Assembly (NCBI GenBank): GCA_963841995.1
Contig: CAWJEX010000022.1
Coordinates: 15,972 to 79,971 of the forward strand
Direction of reading: 5' to 3'
DNA from: an uncultured Alphaproteobacteria bacterium
GTDB taxonomy: Bacteria > Pseudomonadota > Alphaproteobacteria > DATDPM01
DNA: 64,000 nt
This document shows, piece after piece, positions 48,019-57,566 of the stretch. Under the pieces are notes generated by a model. It made no database searches. It was not told where the DNA came from and saw nothing but the letters and a program-made list of their open reading frames with translations. A program made the translations under genes and the position numbers. Every line of letters starts with the position of its first letter. Position 1 is the stretch's first letter.

Positions 48019-50299
48019 ATGATCGACGTAATGGACAGCCTTTGGCTTATGACGGCCGTTTCCCTCCTCGTCATGGGGTTGACGATGCTGGTCCTATGGC
48101 GGTTGAAGCCTACCGATTACGTGGCGCTCGCCTTCGGCGCCGGCACTATTCTCCAGTCGGCCCGGTTTGGCCTTGCGGTCATTACACAAGGCGGCTCGGT
48201 TCCTGCGGCGTTTCTCAACGATGTGCTTCAGGTTTGCGTCCTTTCTTTGGCCTGGATCGCGAATCTTTACACCGTCGGCCGAAAGCCCCCACTTCAGCTG
48301 ATCGCGACCGTGGCCGCATTGGTCGCGGTAGCGGCGGTATCGCTTCGCGCCACCGGCCACGGCATGCTCTGGGGTGGATTTCGACATCGATACCATCATC
48401 GTCGCCCTTTTCTTGCCGATTGCGTTCATCCTTCTGACGGCCAAAAGACCGGATAACCGCTATGCCGTCCGGTTTCTTGGCATCTTGATCCTGATCCTCG
48501 GCCTCAATCGAGTCGCCATAAGTTTGGTGAGCTCAGATTCAATCAAGATCGTGCTGACCTCGCTGCACCTCGGAATAAATCTTGCGGGACTTGCGACTGT
48601 ATTGTTCATCATCATGCGCCGCCGCGAAGGCGAAGCCGTGCGGATAGGAGATCTCTTGCGACATGAAAAAACCCTGTCTCGCGCCATGCTCGACAACATG
48701 CCGGTCGGCATCATCCTCAAAGATCTCGACGGACGCTACATCGCGGTGAACAAGCATATCTCCGACCGGTATGGATTATCGCCCGACGAACTTACGCGGA
48801 GCAGCCTGGGGGAGCACGGCCCGCGCGCGGGATTCTCGCCGGAGCAGCTGGAACAGGCCAGGCGCGATGAAGAAGTCGTGCGATCCGAACATAAGGTCGT
48901 GTCCCAGGAAATGGTGGTGTTTCCCAAAGGCGGGCCGCGGCGCGATATCATTCTTTCGCGATTTCCCGTTGTCGATCCGAATGACAACGTGACCATGACC
49001 GGCCTGACCGTCATCGACATCACGGATTTGAAGAAGCTCGAGCGCTCTCTGGAGCAGTCTCAGAAGATGGAACTGGTCGGCAAACTTGCCGGTGGCATCG
49101 CCCATGACTTCAACAACGTGATTGGAGCCATCTCCGGCTATGCGCAGTTCATAGTTGAGGACGCGCCGAAGCGATCGCAGATCGAATCGTTCGGACAGCG
49201 AATATTGGCCGCATCCAGCCGTGCGCGCCAGCTGATCGAGCAGCTATTGACCTATTCAAGGCGCGAGAACGTTCAACGCGAGCCGGTTTTACTTGCGGAT
49301 GTCGTTGGCGAGACGGCGACCCTTCTCCAAGCGATACTTCCCGCGACGACGAAACTGACACTTTCCAACCGGGCCAAGGATTCGGTGGTGCTCGCCAACT
49401 GGACTCAGCTGGCGCAAATCGTGGTCAATTTGTGCGTCAATGGAAGCGATGCGCTTTTGGGCCGACCGGGCGAATTGCGGATCGAGATTGAAAAACGGAA
49501 CGCTTCGAATGTGCCGCCCGCAGCTGAGCTGGGGCAAATTCTTGATCAGCCAGATGGGTCCATAAAATACATCGTTGGGCACTGGCGAGATGGCGTCGAG
49601 GCAGCCGTCATCCGGGTTTCCGATACCGGCAGCGGAATGACGCGGGACATCGTTGAGAAATGTTTCGAGCCATTTTTCACGACCAAGCCGGAGGGAATCG
49701 GGAATGGGCTCGGCCTTTTCATCATCCAATCCGCGACGCTGTCCCTCGACGGCGTCCTTGCCATGACAACGCGTCCGGGCCAAGGCACAACCTTTGAAAT
49801 CTATATCCCTATGAGTTCGGCTGGTGAGAAGCCTGGCGTTGTTTCATTGGACGCGGTGTCCGAACTGGTGGCTTGGCGAGGCCGGATTTTGGTTGTCGAC
49901 GATGATATCGACTTCGGCGACATGGTGCAGATCGCCCTCGAGCGGCTAGGATATGAAACCGCCATCTGTCATGATCCCAACGAAGCAATTCGCATTTTTA
50001 ACGAGGACCCATCGCTTTGGGATGCGGTTGTCACCGATCAAACCATGCCGGGCATGACGGGCAGCGAGCTGATAGCACAAGTTAAGACGCTACGCCCCGA
50101 AACGGTTTGCATCCTCTGCAGTGGCTATTGCAGCCCCTCTGCCGCCCATAAGGGAGCAGCAAACGGCGCCGACGCTTTTCTTGCAAAGCCGCTGCAGCCC
50201 ATGGACCTGGCAAAATCTCTTCAGGCACTTATGCGAACGAGAAACATCGCATCGGCCGATTCGACTCGCGAGGCGAGGCAGCGTTCGACAACGAAGTGA
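48019..50299 (+). pseudogene. hybrid sensor histidine kinase (membrane N-terminus, PAS, HisKA, HATPase, REC), frameshift near 48373
   Basis: The TM-rich ORF 48019..48456 joins ORF 48374..50299 at a GGGG run. It has the GGIAHDFNNVI H-box, the GNGLGLF G-box, and a C-terminal receiver (ILVVDDDIDF...VVTDQTMPGMTG). Confidence 0.8.
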
Positions 50300-50370
50300 T
50301 TGGATTCCGGTTCTGGATGTGGGCGAAATTCTTCGATCTAACTAAATGAAAATAAAACGTTATTCTTGAT

Positions 50371-50520
50371 GGTCTGGTGCCGAGGGGCGGGATTCTTCAA
50401 GTCATAAAAATCAGTGGGTTACAAAAAAGTGGGACACTGAATCTTCCCGTGGCGTTATTAGGCTTTCCGGGGAAAGTGTCCCACCGGTTTTGCGTCATTA
50501 ACACGGAAGACCGACGAATC
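50371..50520 (+). repeat. dispersed composite repeat, copy 7 (no left arm)
   Basis: 21-mer variant at 50375-50395 and hairpin arms at 50429-50437 / 50476-50484. The right flank is shared with copy 2. Confidence 0.85.
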
Positions 50521-50775
50521 CGCTTCGAACTCGGCTATAGATCCGGCTGAAACTAGCCATTTTGAGACCGGCGGCGTCCCTTTCCTGCAGGTCCGTTTAA
50601 CACCACCATTCGGACATTTCGGAAGAGCGATCAGAACGGACGAAATGTGCCAATTAGCGACCATCGCATCGCAGCAAACAGCACATACAGAAAGACCGCC
50701 AACTGCGGCGGTCTCTCCGAAATCCGATCAGGTGTTTTGATCAGAGGGCGAGAGTTTTCCGCCTCCTGCGCCAGC

Positions 50776-50981
50776 TGACCTGACCGGGCCTTTTTGTACC
50801 AAGCGGTTTGATAGAAACTGGCTTGGAAAGGAGCTTGGTCATGGCGAAGAAGAGGTTCAGCCCGGAGCAGATCGTGACGCTGCTGCGGCAGATCGAAGTA
50901 GCGACGGCGCAAGGGAAATCGGTGTCGGTGGCATGCCGGGAGGCTGGGATTTCGGATCAGAGTTATTTCCGCTGGTACAAA
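50776..50981 (+). mobile_element. IS3-family remnant: IRL-like end + first ~47 codons of OrfA
   Basis: TGACCTGACCGGGCC at 50776. [45 protein letters not shown], then homology stops. Confidence 0.6.
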
Positions 50982-51548
50982 AATCCGTCAGGCCACCCAG
51001 CCGCCGCTCGGCTCTCACGCGGATTTCGGCGGCATCTACCTCTAACTGGCGGTTCTTCGCTTGGCGGGCGTAGGCGGCTAAAGCAGTGGCTTGGTCGCGG
51101 ATGTCCTTCACTGCATCAACAGATTTTGCCTCTGCAAGCGCAAAGCAAGCGGAGCCGTTTTAGGCGCTTGGCGGTCATCGGGCAGTGCAGATTATGTGAT
51201 CGCCTCGACGAATTTCCGGGAAGCCCGCCGTAGATGTCTTCAGTCCAGGCTCACACACAACGGCTGATCCCGTCCATCGATCAAGATGAATTAATCCGAT
51301 CGATTGATGGCCTATCGAATGATATCCCCCTCGCAAGGCGATAAGGATTACCACTGCAACAACGGCGACGGCGAAAATGATTGAAATGCGTAAATTCATA
51401 ATCCGAATATGACACGGATCACAGAACTGCTTAATCATCAAGATGGCTTGATTTCAAGCTGACCTACTACCGACCCGTCTGGGCTTCCGATAGGCTGCGG
51501 CCTTAAGGCCATCTTTACCGTTACCGGGGATAATCATAGCAAGCAGCA

Positions 51549-52076
51549 GTGGGCCTGCGACTTGGGCGCCGGCCGAAAACCCTTGGGGGATGGTCGGAAT
51601 CCGTGGGAACCATCGAACGCACCACCAAGGCGGTCACTATCGTAATGGCCGATGACGATCGCGACGACCGCATGCTGGTCAAGGATGCGTTCGCGGAAAC
51701 GTACCCCGCCTGCGGCCTCGATTTTGTCGAAAACGGGGAAGAGCTGCTCGATTACCTGGCTCAGCGCGGCAAAGGTGCGCCCTATCCGGGACTGATTCTC
51801 CTTGACCTCAATATGCCGAGAATGGATGGCCGCGAGGCGCTGGCGGAGATTAAGAGGAATCGGAACCTCAGGCGCATTCCGGTCGTGATCTTCACGACCT
51901 CACGTGCTGAAAACGATATTCGGCACACGTATGACCTCGGCGCAAGTTCCTTCATCACCAAGCCAGTAACGTTCGAGGGATTGCTCGAAGTCATCCGTGC
52001 ATTTGGCAAATACTGGACGGAAATCGTAGAGCTTCCGTGCGGCCGCGCACTGCCAGTCCCGCAAGAGACTTCGTAA
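51549..52076 (+). CDS. single-domain response regulator, paralog of 26263..26742
   Basis: IVMADDDRDDRML...LILLDLNMPRMDGREALAEIKRNRNLRRIPVVIF...GASSFITKP. The start codon is uncertain. Confidence 0.7.
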   Translation: MGLRLGRRPKTLGGWSESVGTIERTTKAVTIVMADDDRDDRMLVKDAFAETYPACGLDFVENGEELLDYLAQRGKGAPYPGLILLDLNMPRMDGREALAEIKRNRNLRRIPVVIFTTSRAENDIRHTYDLGASSFITKPVTFEGLLEVIRAFGKYWTEIVELPCGRALPVPQETS

Positions 52077-52192
52077 CATCGCCCCCGAGCGCCACAACCT
52101 TGGTTAAGCGCAGGGCTCCATCAATAAAGAACCTCGCCAGCGTGAACCGGTGTCCGGCTGGCGAAGCGGAGGGGCAAGCGGTGGGCAACCCT

Positions 52193-52579
52193 ATGGCAAA
52201 GTTCAAGCGCAGCTTGTTAGTGACCATCATCGCGATTTTAAGCACCTCGATCTCTGCATACGCCGGCGATGCAGCCTTTGGCACAATCGGTCCTGGGGCA
52301 TATCTCGGAAACCAGCAAGCCGGCATGCAACAGATGTGTCGCAACGCTCTGAATAATTATCTCAATCGCGCCGGGCCGCCGCCGCCCGCGGCGTGTCAAA
52401 CCGCCAACACCCCGACGCTACCTAATCGTTCAAAGGTAACACAGCTCACGCCGCAAACTTCGTGCTTGCCTTTCGGCAATGGTGGGACGCGCTGCACGAC
52501 CTTGGTACCCGGCCACCCTCCGAGCGCTACCACCTGCCTGCCGCTCGGAAATGGAAAGATGGCCTGCACGACGCAATAA
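52193..52579 (+). CDS. small secreted six-Cys protein, paralog B
   Basis: MAKFKRSLLVTIIAILSTSISAYA signal. It is collinear with 11200..11583, including both CLPxGNGxxxCT motifs. Confidence 0.6.
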   Translation: MAKFKRSLLVTIIAILSTSISAYAGDAAFGTIGPGAYLGNQQAGMQQMCRNALNNYLNRAGPPPPAACQTANTPTLPNRSKVTQLTPQTSCLPFGNGGTRCTTLVPGHPPSATTCLPLGNGKMACTTQ

Positions 52580-52722
52580 ATCGTCGACCTCATCGTGGCT
52601 ACCGCCGCGGTGACGATATGAAGGAATTTTTCAAGGGCTGGGATTCCGACGCGGTTTTCGCGCGGCAAAGAAGAGTGGTGGCAGAGCGGTGCTTTTGCGA
52701 TGGCAAGGGCCTCCTTCCGCTG

Positions 52723-52917
52723 TCATCCCACTTTGTACCGTTTCGCGATGGGCAAATCCGGTTTCTCAGCCGAACCTCCGGACACTGGCACTTCCACTCT
52801 CACTCTGGGATCACCGAGTAGTCTTCGCAGTTCTTGCACCTTCCGAAGGTCCTCAGTCGCCGCGATAAGACCAGCTGCTTCCTCTTGCTTCTTACGGTCA
52901 GAGGAATTTTCCGTCAT
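52723..52917 (-). CDS. 64-aa charged small protein whose start overlaps the stop of the Ntn hydrolase gene
   Basis: The ATG at 52917 overlaps the upstream stop (ATGA). Sequence is MTENSSDRKKQEEAAGLIAATEDLRKVQELRRLLGDP...KRYKVG, ending in Gly. Confidence 0.45.
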   Translation of the reverse strand: MTENSSDRKKQEEAAGLIAATEDLRKVQELRRLLGDPRVRVEVPVSGGSAEKPDLPIAKRYKVG

Positions 52918-53813
52918 GGTTCGAACTCCTTGATGGCCGCATCCCAGTCCTGGTGTTGAACCCAATGAAACGGCCGATCAGTCCTGATAACGGCTATTTC
53001 GATCGGTCCTCCACAAAGTCGAGGATTTAGAGAAAACTTCATTGCTTTGATCGTTGTGAGTAATGCCGCATGTGTGAAGTCAATTGCTTCTCGTATTGGC
53101 ACCGTTGGCGGATGAACCAGCTTATAGGGTGCGACGATGGCATCAAACTCTTGCGGAGTTCCTAACCATTTTTTCGACGCGAGGATGGCGCTGCGCACTT
53201 CATCGCCGCATCCGTTTATCAACCTTGTTATCATCGCTGGGACGCCCCAGAAAGACTGGGCTGGAGGAAGTTGATGTGGCGTCGGTTTCCCGCGCAAAGG
53301 ATCGAAGATAATTTCGAAGGCCGCAGGGATTCGATCTGGCAGCACATAACCGCCAATGCAGAAGCCAGCCACGAGCCTGTCCTTAAGCTCTGTAAAATAA
53401 AATTCTTCCTGGATAGTCCTTCTTCTGGGATCAAGCGCAGGTGCTGCTAAGTCAAAGGCAAAAGGCAATTTGGCATCCAACAACTTAAGAGTCGCGATTT
53501 CATTAGCCAAAGATACGGAGTAAATCGACCACACTTGGTCTGCCCAGCGATTGGCTACATCCAAGACGCTAGGGGCGGAAGTTGCTCGTAGGTTATCTGC
53601 AAGAAGAGCAGCAAGCGTTCGATAGCTGCCAAATGAAAAGGCGGCCAACCCCCATGTGACTATGCCGAGTGTTCCTGTTCCTGCAGCACCAATCTCAAAC
53701 AGCTTTTGGCCGTAGTTGAAATGATGGGAGCCACTAGGAAACGTATATGTAGAGGCACTGTCGGCGCCGAGCACGACGCCTTCTGGCGACAGATAGCACG
53801 CCGCTATGGTCAC
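52914..53813 (-). CDS. proteasome-like N-terminal-nucleophile (Thr1) hydrolase, orphan
   Basis: Starts M-T-IAACYLSPEGVVLGADS (Thr1, Asp17 after Met removal), Lys at position 36, and C-terminal CGGPIEIAVIRTD. There is a large insert in the middle. GC is lower than the surroundings. Confidence 0.55.
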   Translation of the reverse strand: MTIAACYLSPEGVVLGADSASTYTFPSGSHHFNYGQKLFEIGAAGTGTLGIVTWGLAAFSFGSYRTLAALLADNLRATSAPSVLDVANRWADQVWSIYSVSLANEIATLKLLDAKLPFAFDLAAPALDPRRRTIQEEFYFTELKDRLVAGFCIGGYVLPDRIPAAFEIIFDPLRGKPTPHQLPPAQSFWGVPAMITRLINGCGDEVRSAILASKKWLGTPQEFDAIVAPYKLVHPPTVPIREAIDFTHAALLTTIKAMKFSLNPRLCGGPIEIAVIRTDRPFHWVQHQDWDAAIKEFEP

Positions 53814-54374
53814 AGGTCCCCAACTCCATGTACCAGGTCATAGTTTATATCAGCTGGGGTCGAATTGCAGCAAGTGTCCTAGCCCCAGGATAAGATTGTC
53901 CTAATTCGGACAGCACGCACTGGTCGGCTTAGCAAACGATAATTGATTAGGCCGTGAACCCATAAACGCGTCTTGGCGTAGCTTGCCAAAGTCTGCTGTG
54001 GAACCGTAAGCGGCTGTCACTCGCAGCAGGCGGCACTTCGGTTTCGTGCCACTTCCGGACAAATGTGTCGCCTAAAACACGGGTGCTCCCGCATTGTGGG
54101 GCGCTGCCACCAAGCAGCATATTTTTCGCGATCGATCACAAGATATTCACGCTCACGATCGAAGCAATTCGACATCGTGGTAGACCCCATCAAGAGCGCG
54201 ACGGCATGGGGTATCCTTCCGAATGCGAGAGACAGCGGACACGGGCGCGAGGCCCATGCCTGGCTGGCACTGCAACATAGCAAATCGGTGCTATAATATT
54301 GTAGTCGCGGCGGCACGGCCGCGTGAAGCGGCGCGGGCTCGCCGACCTGGCATGGATCAACAACGGAGGCAAAA

Positions 54375-54707
54375 ATGGCGCTTTTCATGTATCAAGTGGC
54401 CTACACGCCCGAATCTTGGGCCGTCCAGCTCAAGAAGCCGAAGAGCCGTATGGAGACCGTGGGCCGCAGCCTGTGTGAGGCCGCTGGAGGGAAATTCGTC
54501 GGCGCCTGGTACTGCTTCGGCGAGTATGACGGCATTCTCATCGCCGACATGCCGGATGCTGAAAGCATGTCAGCGCTCGCACTCTCGGTTGCCGCGGGCG
54601 GCGCGGCCAGAGCCGGCAAGACGACGGCGTTGATGACCGGCGCGCAAGCCGTAGCAGCCATGACGAAGGCTGCGACCCTAGCCAAATCCTATCGTCCCGC
54701 CCGTTAG
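54375..54707 (+). CDS. GYD domain protein
   Basis: MALFMYQVAYTPESW...GGKFVGAWYCFGEYDGILIADMPDAES matches the GYD family pattern. Confidence 0.7.
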   Translation: MALFMYQVAYTPESWAVQLKKPKSRMETVGRSLCEAAGGKFVGAWYCFGEYDGILIADMPDAESMSALALSVAAGGAARAGKTTALMTGAQAVAAMTKAATLAKSYRPAR

Positions 54708-55541
54708 GACGGCTTCCGCAGCAGCCAGGTGACCGGTCCCGATAGTGCACGGACACGTCGCCGGCCCGTGAGAAAGGCGGCCCCACAAAGTGCCGCCTTT
54801 CCCCGGCGACCGCACGTGCCGTCGCGTTGCTTCGTCGAGTAGCTGCGGAAGCGTGCGAGAGTTCCAGCCGCGAAAGGGTGCTCGTTGGTCGCCGGGATGA
54901 GCGGGCTGGCTCGTCGAGGCATGCTCTGTCCGGTATGGTGAGCGACATCAGCACCTGCCTGCCTCGTTGTTGTCGTTCCCATACACTATCGCGGGATCAC
55001 CGATGCACGGCTATATGCATTGAGACGAATCAACGAGGTCCGGATTGGGTCAAAGTGCGAAGTCGCTCGCGGGCAAATCCACGTCCGTCAACAGCCTGAC
55101 ACCGGACTAGCGGCGAGCGAACTCCATCGTCAGTGAGGTGCCACAAGGGGTCATTGGAACGCGGCGCTACCAGTCTTATGATTTTGCCTGACTCTCAGAT
55201 TTGTCGGTGCCTTATTTGACTTCGTCCCATTTGGCGCCGCGGCATCATCTGGCTCCGGGATCGCAACTCGCGGGCGCGCCGCCACTCGCATGGCAATCCT
55301 TGAATTTCAGAATCCGGAACAGCCGCCTCGCAACCTAGAATGGATCGCAGTCGCTTTAACTGACTGCGCCGTCGATTTAAACACGTCAACGCGAATGCAA
55401 GCCAGTTGCTGGATCAACCGCGATGTCACCGCTTTTCAGTCGCAATTGGCTGCGCATTGAAACGCAGCCGAGATGGACCATATAGCGGCAAACAACAATT
55501 TCAATTTGGGATTGACGCATCTGCGCGTCAAACAGGGGATA

Positions 55542-56126
55542 ATGCAAAAAATAATTTCGTGTCTTTGGCGCGGCAGCGTCGCCGCTTTCGCTTTCGCCCT
55601 CTCTGGTTGCGCTGTCCCGTTATTTGCCGGCATCACACTCAATGAAGTGAGCACGGCTGGATCCGCCATATCGACGCTGGCAAGCGGAAAGGGACTGGGC
55701 GATCACGCCCTCGACCTTGCGACCGGATATGATTGCCGCGTTCTCGAGGGGTCGTTGAGCAAAGACCGGCACATCTGCGAGAAGCCGGGGTCGCCAAGAA
55801 CCGCCAGCGACTTCCAAGGCATTTCCGAACTTGCGTCTGCTCGCCCGGCGGCCAATCGCCCGAGCCTGCAGCAGCATTCGATGGGCCCGATCGCCAGCAC
55901 ACTTGCCGATCGCAACGCCGATAGGCCGGTCAAGGAAAGGACGATGCAAGTTGCCGCAGCGCGTCCGACGCCGGCCTCAATCCCGCGGCCCATCCCGGCG
56001 ACGGCTGCATTGCCGTCTGCCGTACCGATGGCACCCGGTGCGGTCTCCATCGCGGCCATGCCCGCCAGTTACGGCGCAGCAGTTCCGGGAGCAACCGCCC
56101 CCGCCATTCTGCCGCAATATTACTGA
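55542..56126 (+). CDS. lipoprotein with Ala/Pro-rich tail
   Basis: MQKIISCLWRGSVAAFAFALSGC lipobox. No family recognised. Confidence 0.55.
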   Translation: MQKIISCLWRGSVAAFAFALSGCAVPLFAGITLNEVSTAGSAISTLASGKGLGDHALDLATGYDCRVLEGSLSKDRHICEKPGSPRTASDFQGISELASARPAANRPSLQQHSMGPIASTLADRNADRPVKERTMQVAAARPTPASIPRPIPATAALPSAVPMAPGAVSIAAMPASYGAAVPGATAPAILPQYY

Positions 56127-56342
56127 TAGCCCTGAAGGGTCCCGATCTTCGCGAAGGAGGCGCGGACACTCGGCAAGAGGTTGCGCCATGTCTGTGATCC
56201 GGCGCCGAACTTTAACCCCTTTCGGCGTCCAATTGGGACCCCGACAAACGGTGAAATTTCTGAGTTCGCCAAATAGCTTAAAGAACCCGTAGTGAGGTCA
56301 ACCTTCAAAGCCGATCGGGGGTCAAACTCCACGCCGCTTCAC

Positions 56343-56450
56343 ACAGGGGCGGGATTCTTCCAGTTATAAAAACCAATAGCTTACAAAAAAGTGGGACACT
56401 AAATCTTCTCACAGCGTTATTAGACTTTCCAGGGAAAGTGTCCCACTGAT
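56343..56450 (+). repeat. dispersed composite repeat, copy 8 (left-truncated inside the 21-mer)
   Basis: Starts CAGGGGCGGGATTC. Hairpin arms at 56390-56398 / 56437-56445. Confidence 0.85.
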
Positions 56451-56568
56451 TCCGTCTTAAAAACGAGGGCTACCAAACTTTCTCACTTTTTGCTCAAGAG
56501 CGGACAATCCGGGACTACGCCCTGCACTTCCACCTTTAGAGTTGGACAGCCAAATAGCCGCAGGCACC

Positions 56569-56908
56569 CTATGTGCGTTTGGCGGGTTTGTCGCTTTCGA
56601 GCGCTGTAAGGCCCGTAAGAACAACCGGGGGCCGGTTTGGGAACTCGGCAACAAGTGTTAGCTGGCCACCCAGACGCCTAACGAATTTCTGTAGTGTCGA
56701 AAGCAGCAAGTCCGATCTTTTTTCGAGTTCGCGAAACGCCATCTTGGGTAATGCCGAGTTCCTTAGCCAAGACAACTTGCGTTTTCTGGTGGGCCTGGCG
56801 CAGCTCGCGCAACGACATTTCCTCGGCGATAATCTCGGCCGCACGGGCTTTGATTTTGCCGCGCCGTTCGGGCGCTAGCCCCTTTCTGATGTGATCGATG
56901 TTCTTCAT
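56569..56908 (-). pseudogene. XRE-family HTH antitoxin (HigA-like), frameshift near 56730
   Basis: ...LRELRQAHQKTQVVLAKELGITQDGVSR continues as LEKRSDLLLSTLQKFVRRLGGQLTLVAEF in the frame of ORF 56569..56844. Confidence 0.65.
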
Positions 56909-56912
56909 ACCC

Positions 56913-57233
56913 CTACTTCCTTTCCTTCGTCTTGTCCTTCTGCTGTTTGATGCGAGTCAAATGCGCATCGAAACGAGCATCTGCCTTTGCGATCAGCTGT
57001 GCGTAAAATCGTCTTTCGTTGCCGCCCGACTTGTCACCGCCACATAAAATGATGGCCGTTCGCTCCGGGTCAAAGGCGAATGCGAAGCGCCAGACGCCAT
57101 TAGCAGCATTAAATCGTAGCTCCTTCATATTTGTGTAGCGTGAGCCATTGAGCGTATCGACGCGCGGCCGGCCCAGCTGCGGACCAATCTGTTCCAACAC
57201 TTCGATGTGAGCCAGCAATTCGTCCTGCACCAC
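56913..57233 (-). CDS. RelE/HigB-like toxin (Gp49-like), 5' end possibly frameshifted
   Basis: GPQLGRPRVDTLNGSRYTNMKELRF...VWRFAFAFDPERTAIILCGGDKSG. The frame stays open upstream to about 57285 (..WDVDLHDDFVPEYTELPQV), but the only ATG is 1 nt out of frame. Confidence 0.65.
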   Translation of the reverse strand: MVQDELLAHIEVLEQIGPQLGRPRVDTLNGSRYTNMKELRFNAANGVWRFAFAFDPERTAIILCGGDKSGGNERRFYAQLIAKADARFDAHLTRIKQQKDKTKERK

Positions 57234-57380
57234 TTGGGGCAGTTCCGTATACTCCGGGACAAAATCATCGTGTAAATCAACGTCCCAGCTTCATATCGTT
57301 ATTATGTCTCTCACTACATATGCTGTACAGTACATTTTTCAAGCGGATCGGGGCTCGGACGTTTGCTAAAGCGCCATTTG

Positions 57381-57566
57381 CGAGCAGGTGATGGTATCCA
57401 GCGTGGGACACCGGCCTAACACATTGACAATATTTGGTATTTTGGAACTGGTGCCCAGGGGCGGAATCATTCAAGCTATAAAAACCAATGGGTTACAAAA
57501 AAGTGGGACACTGAATCTTCCCATAGCGTTATTAGGCTTTCCCTTTCCAGCGAAAGTGTCCCACCA
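57381..57566 (+). repeat. dispersed composite repeat, copy 9 (short-left-arm subtype)
   Basis: Same subtype as copy 5. 21-mer variant at 57449-57468 and hairpin arms at 57503-57511 / 57556-57564 (44-nt loop). Homology with the copy 5 flank continues to about 57725. Confidence 0.85.

Noticed and set aside
51175-51441. An 88-aa minus-strand ORF has one hydrophobic segment (MNLRISIIFAVAVVAVVILIAL...) in the mosaic junction after the IS3 stub. A 52-aa Cys-containing ORF (54017..54175) lies upstream of the Ntn hydrolase.
   Set aside because: Both are short and without recognisable motifs or clear ribosome-binding sites. They are kept as notes only. The 54017 ORF would matter if it were conserved with the Ntn hydrolase in homologous loci.
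697-57566. The regularly recurring repeat could be a CRISPR array or an integron attC series.
   Set aside because: The spacing is 1-21 kb, not tens of bp. The repeat is about 200 bp and composite. No cas genes are present. There is no IntI-type integrase or attI, and the repeat lacks the R''/L''-L'/R' attC layout (no GTTRRRY core).
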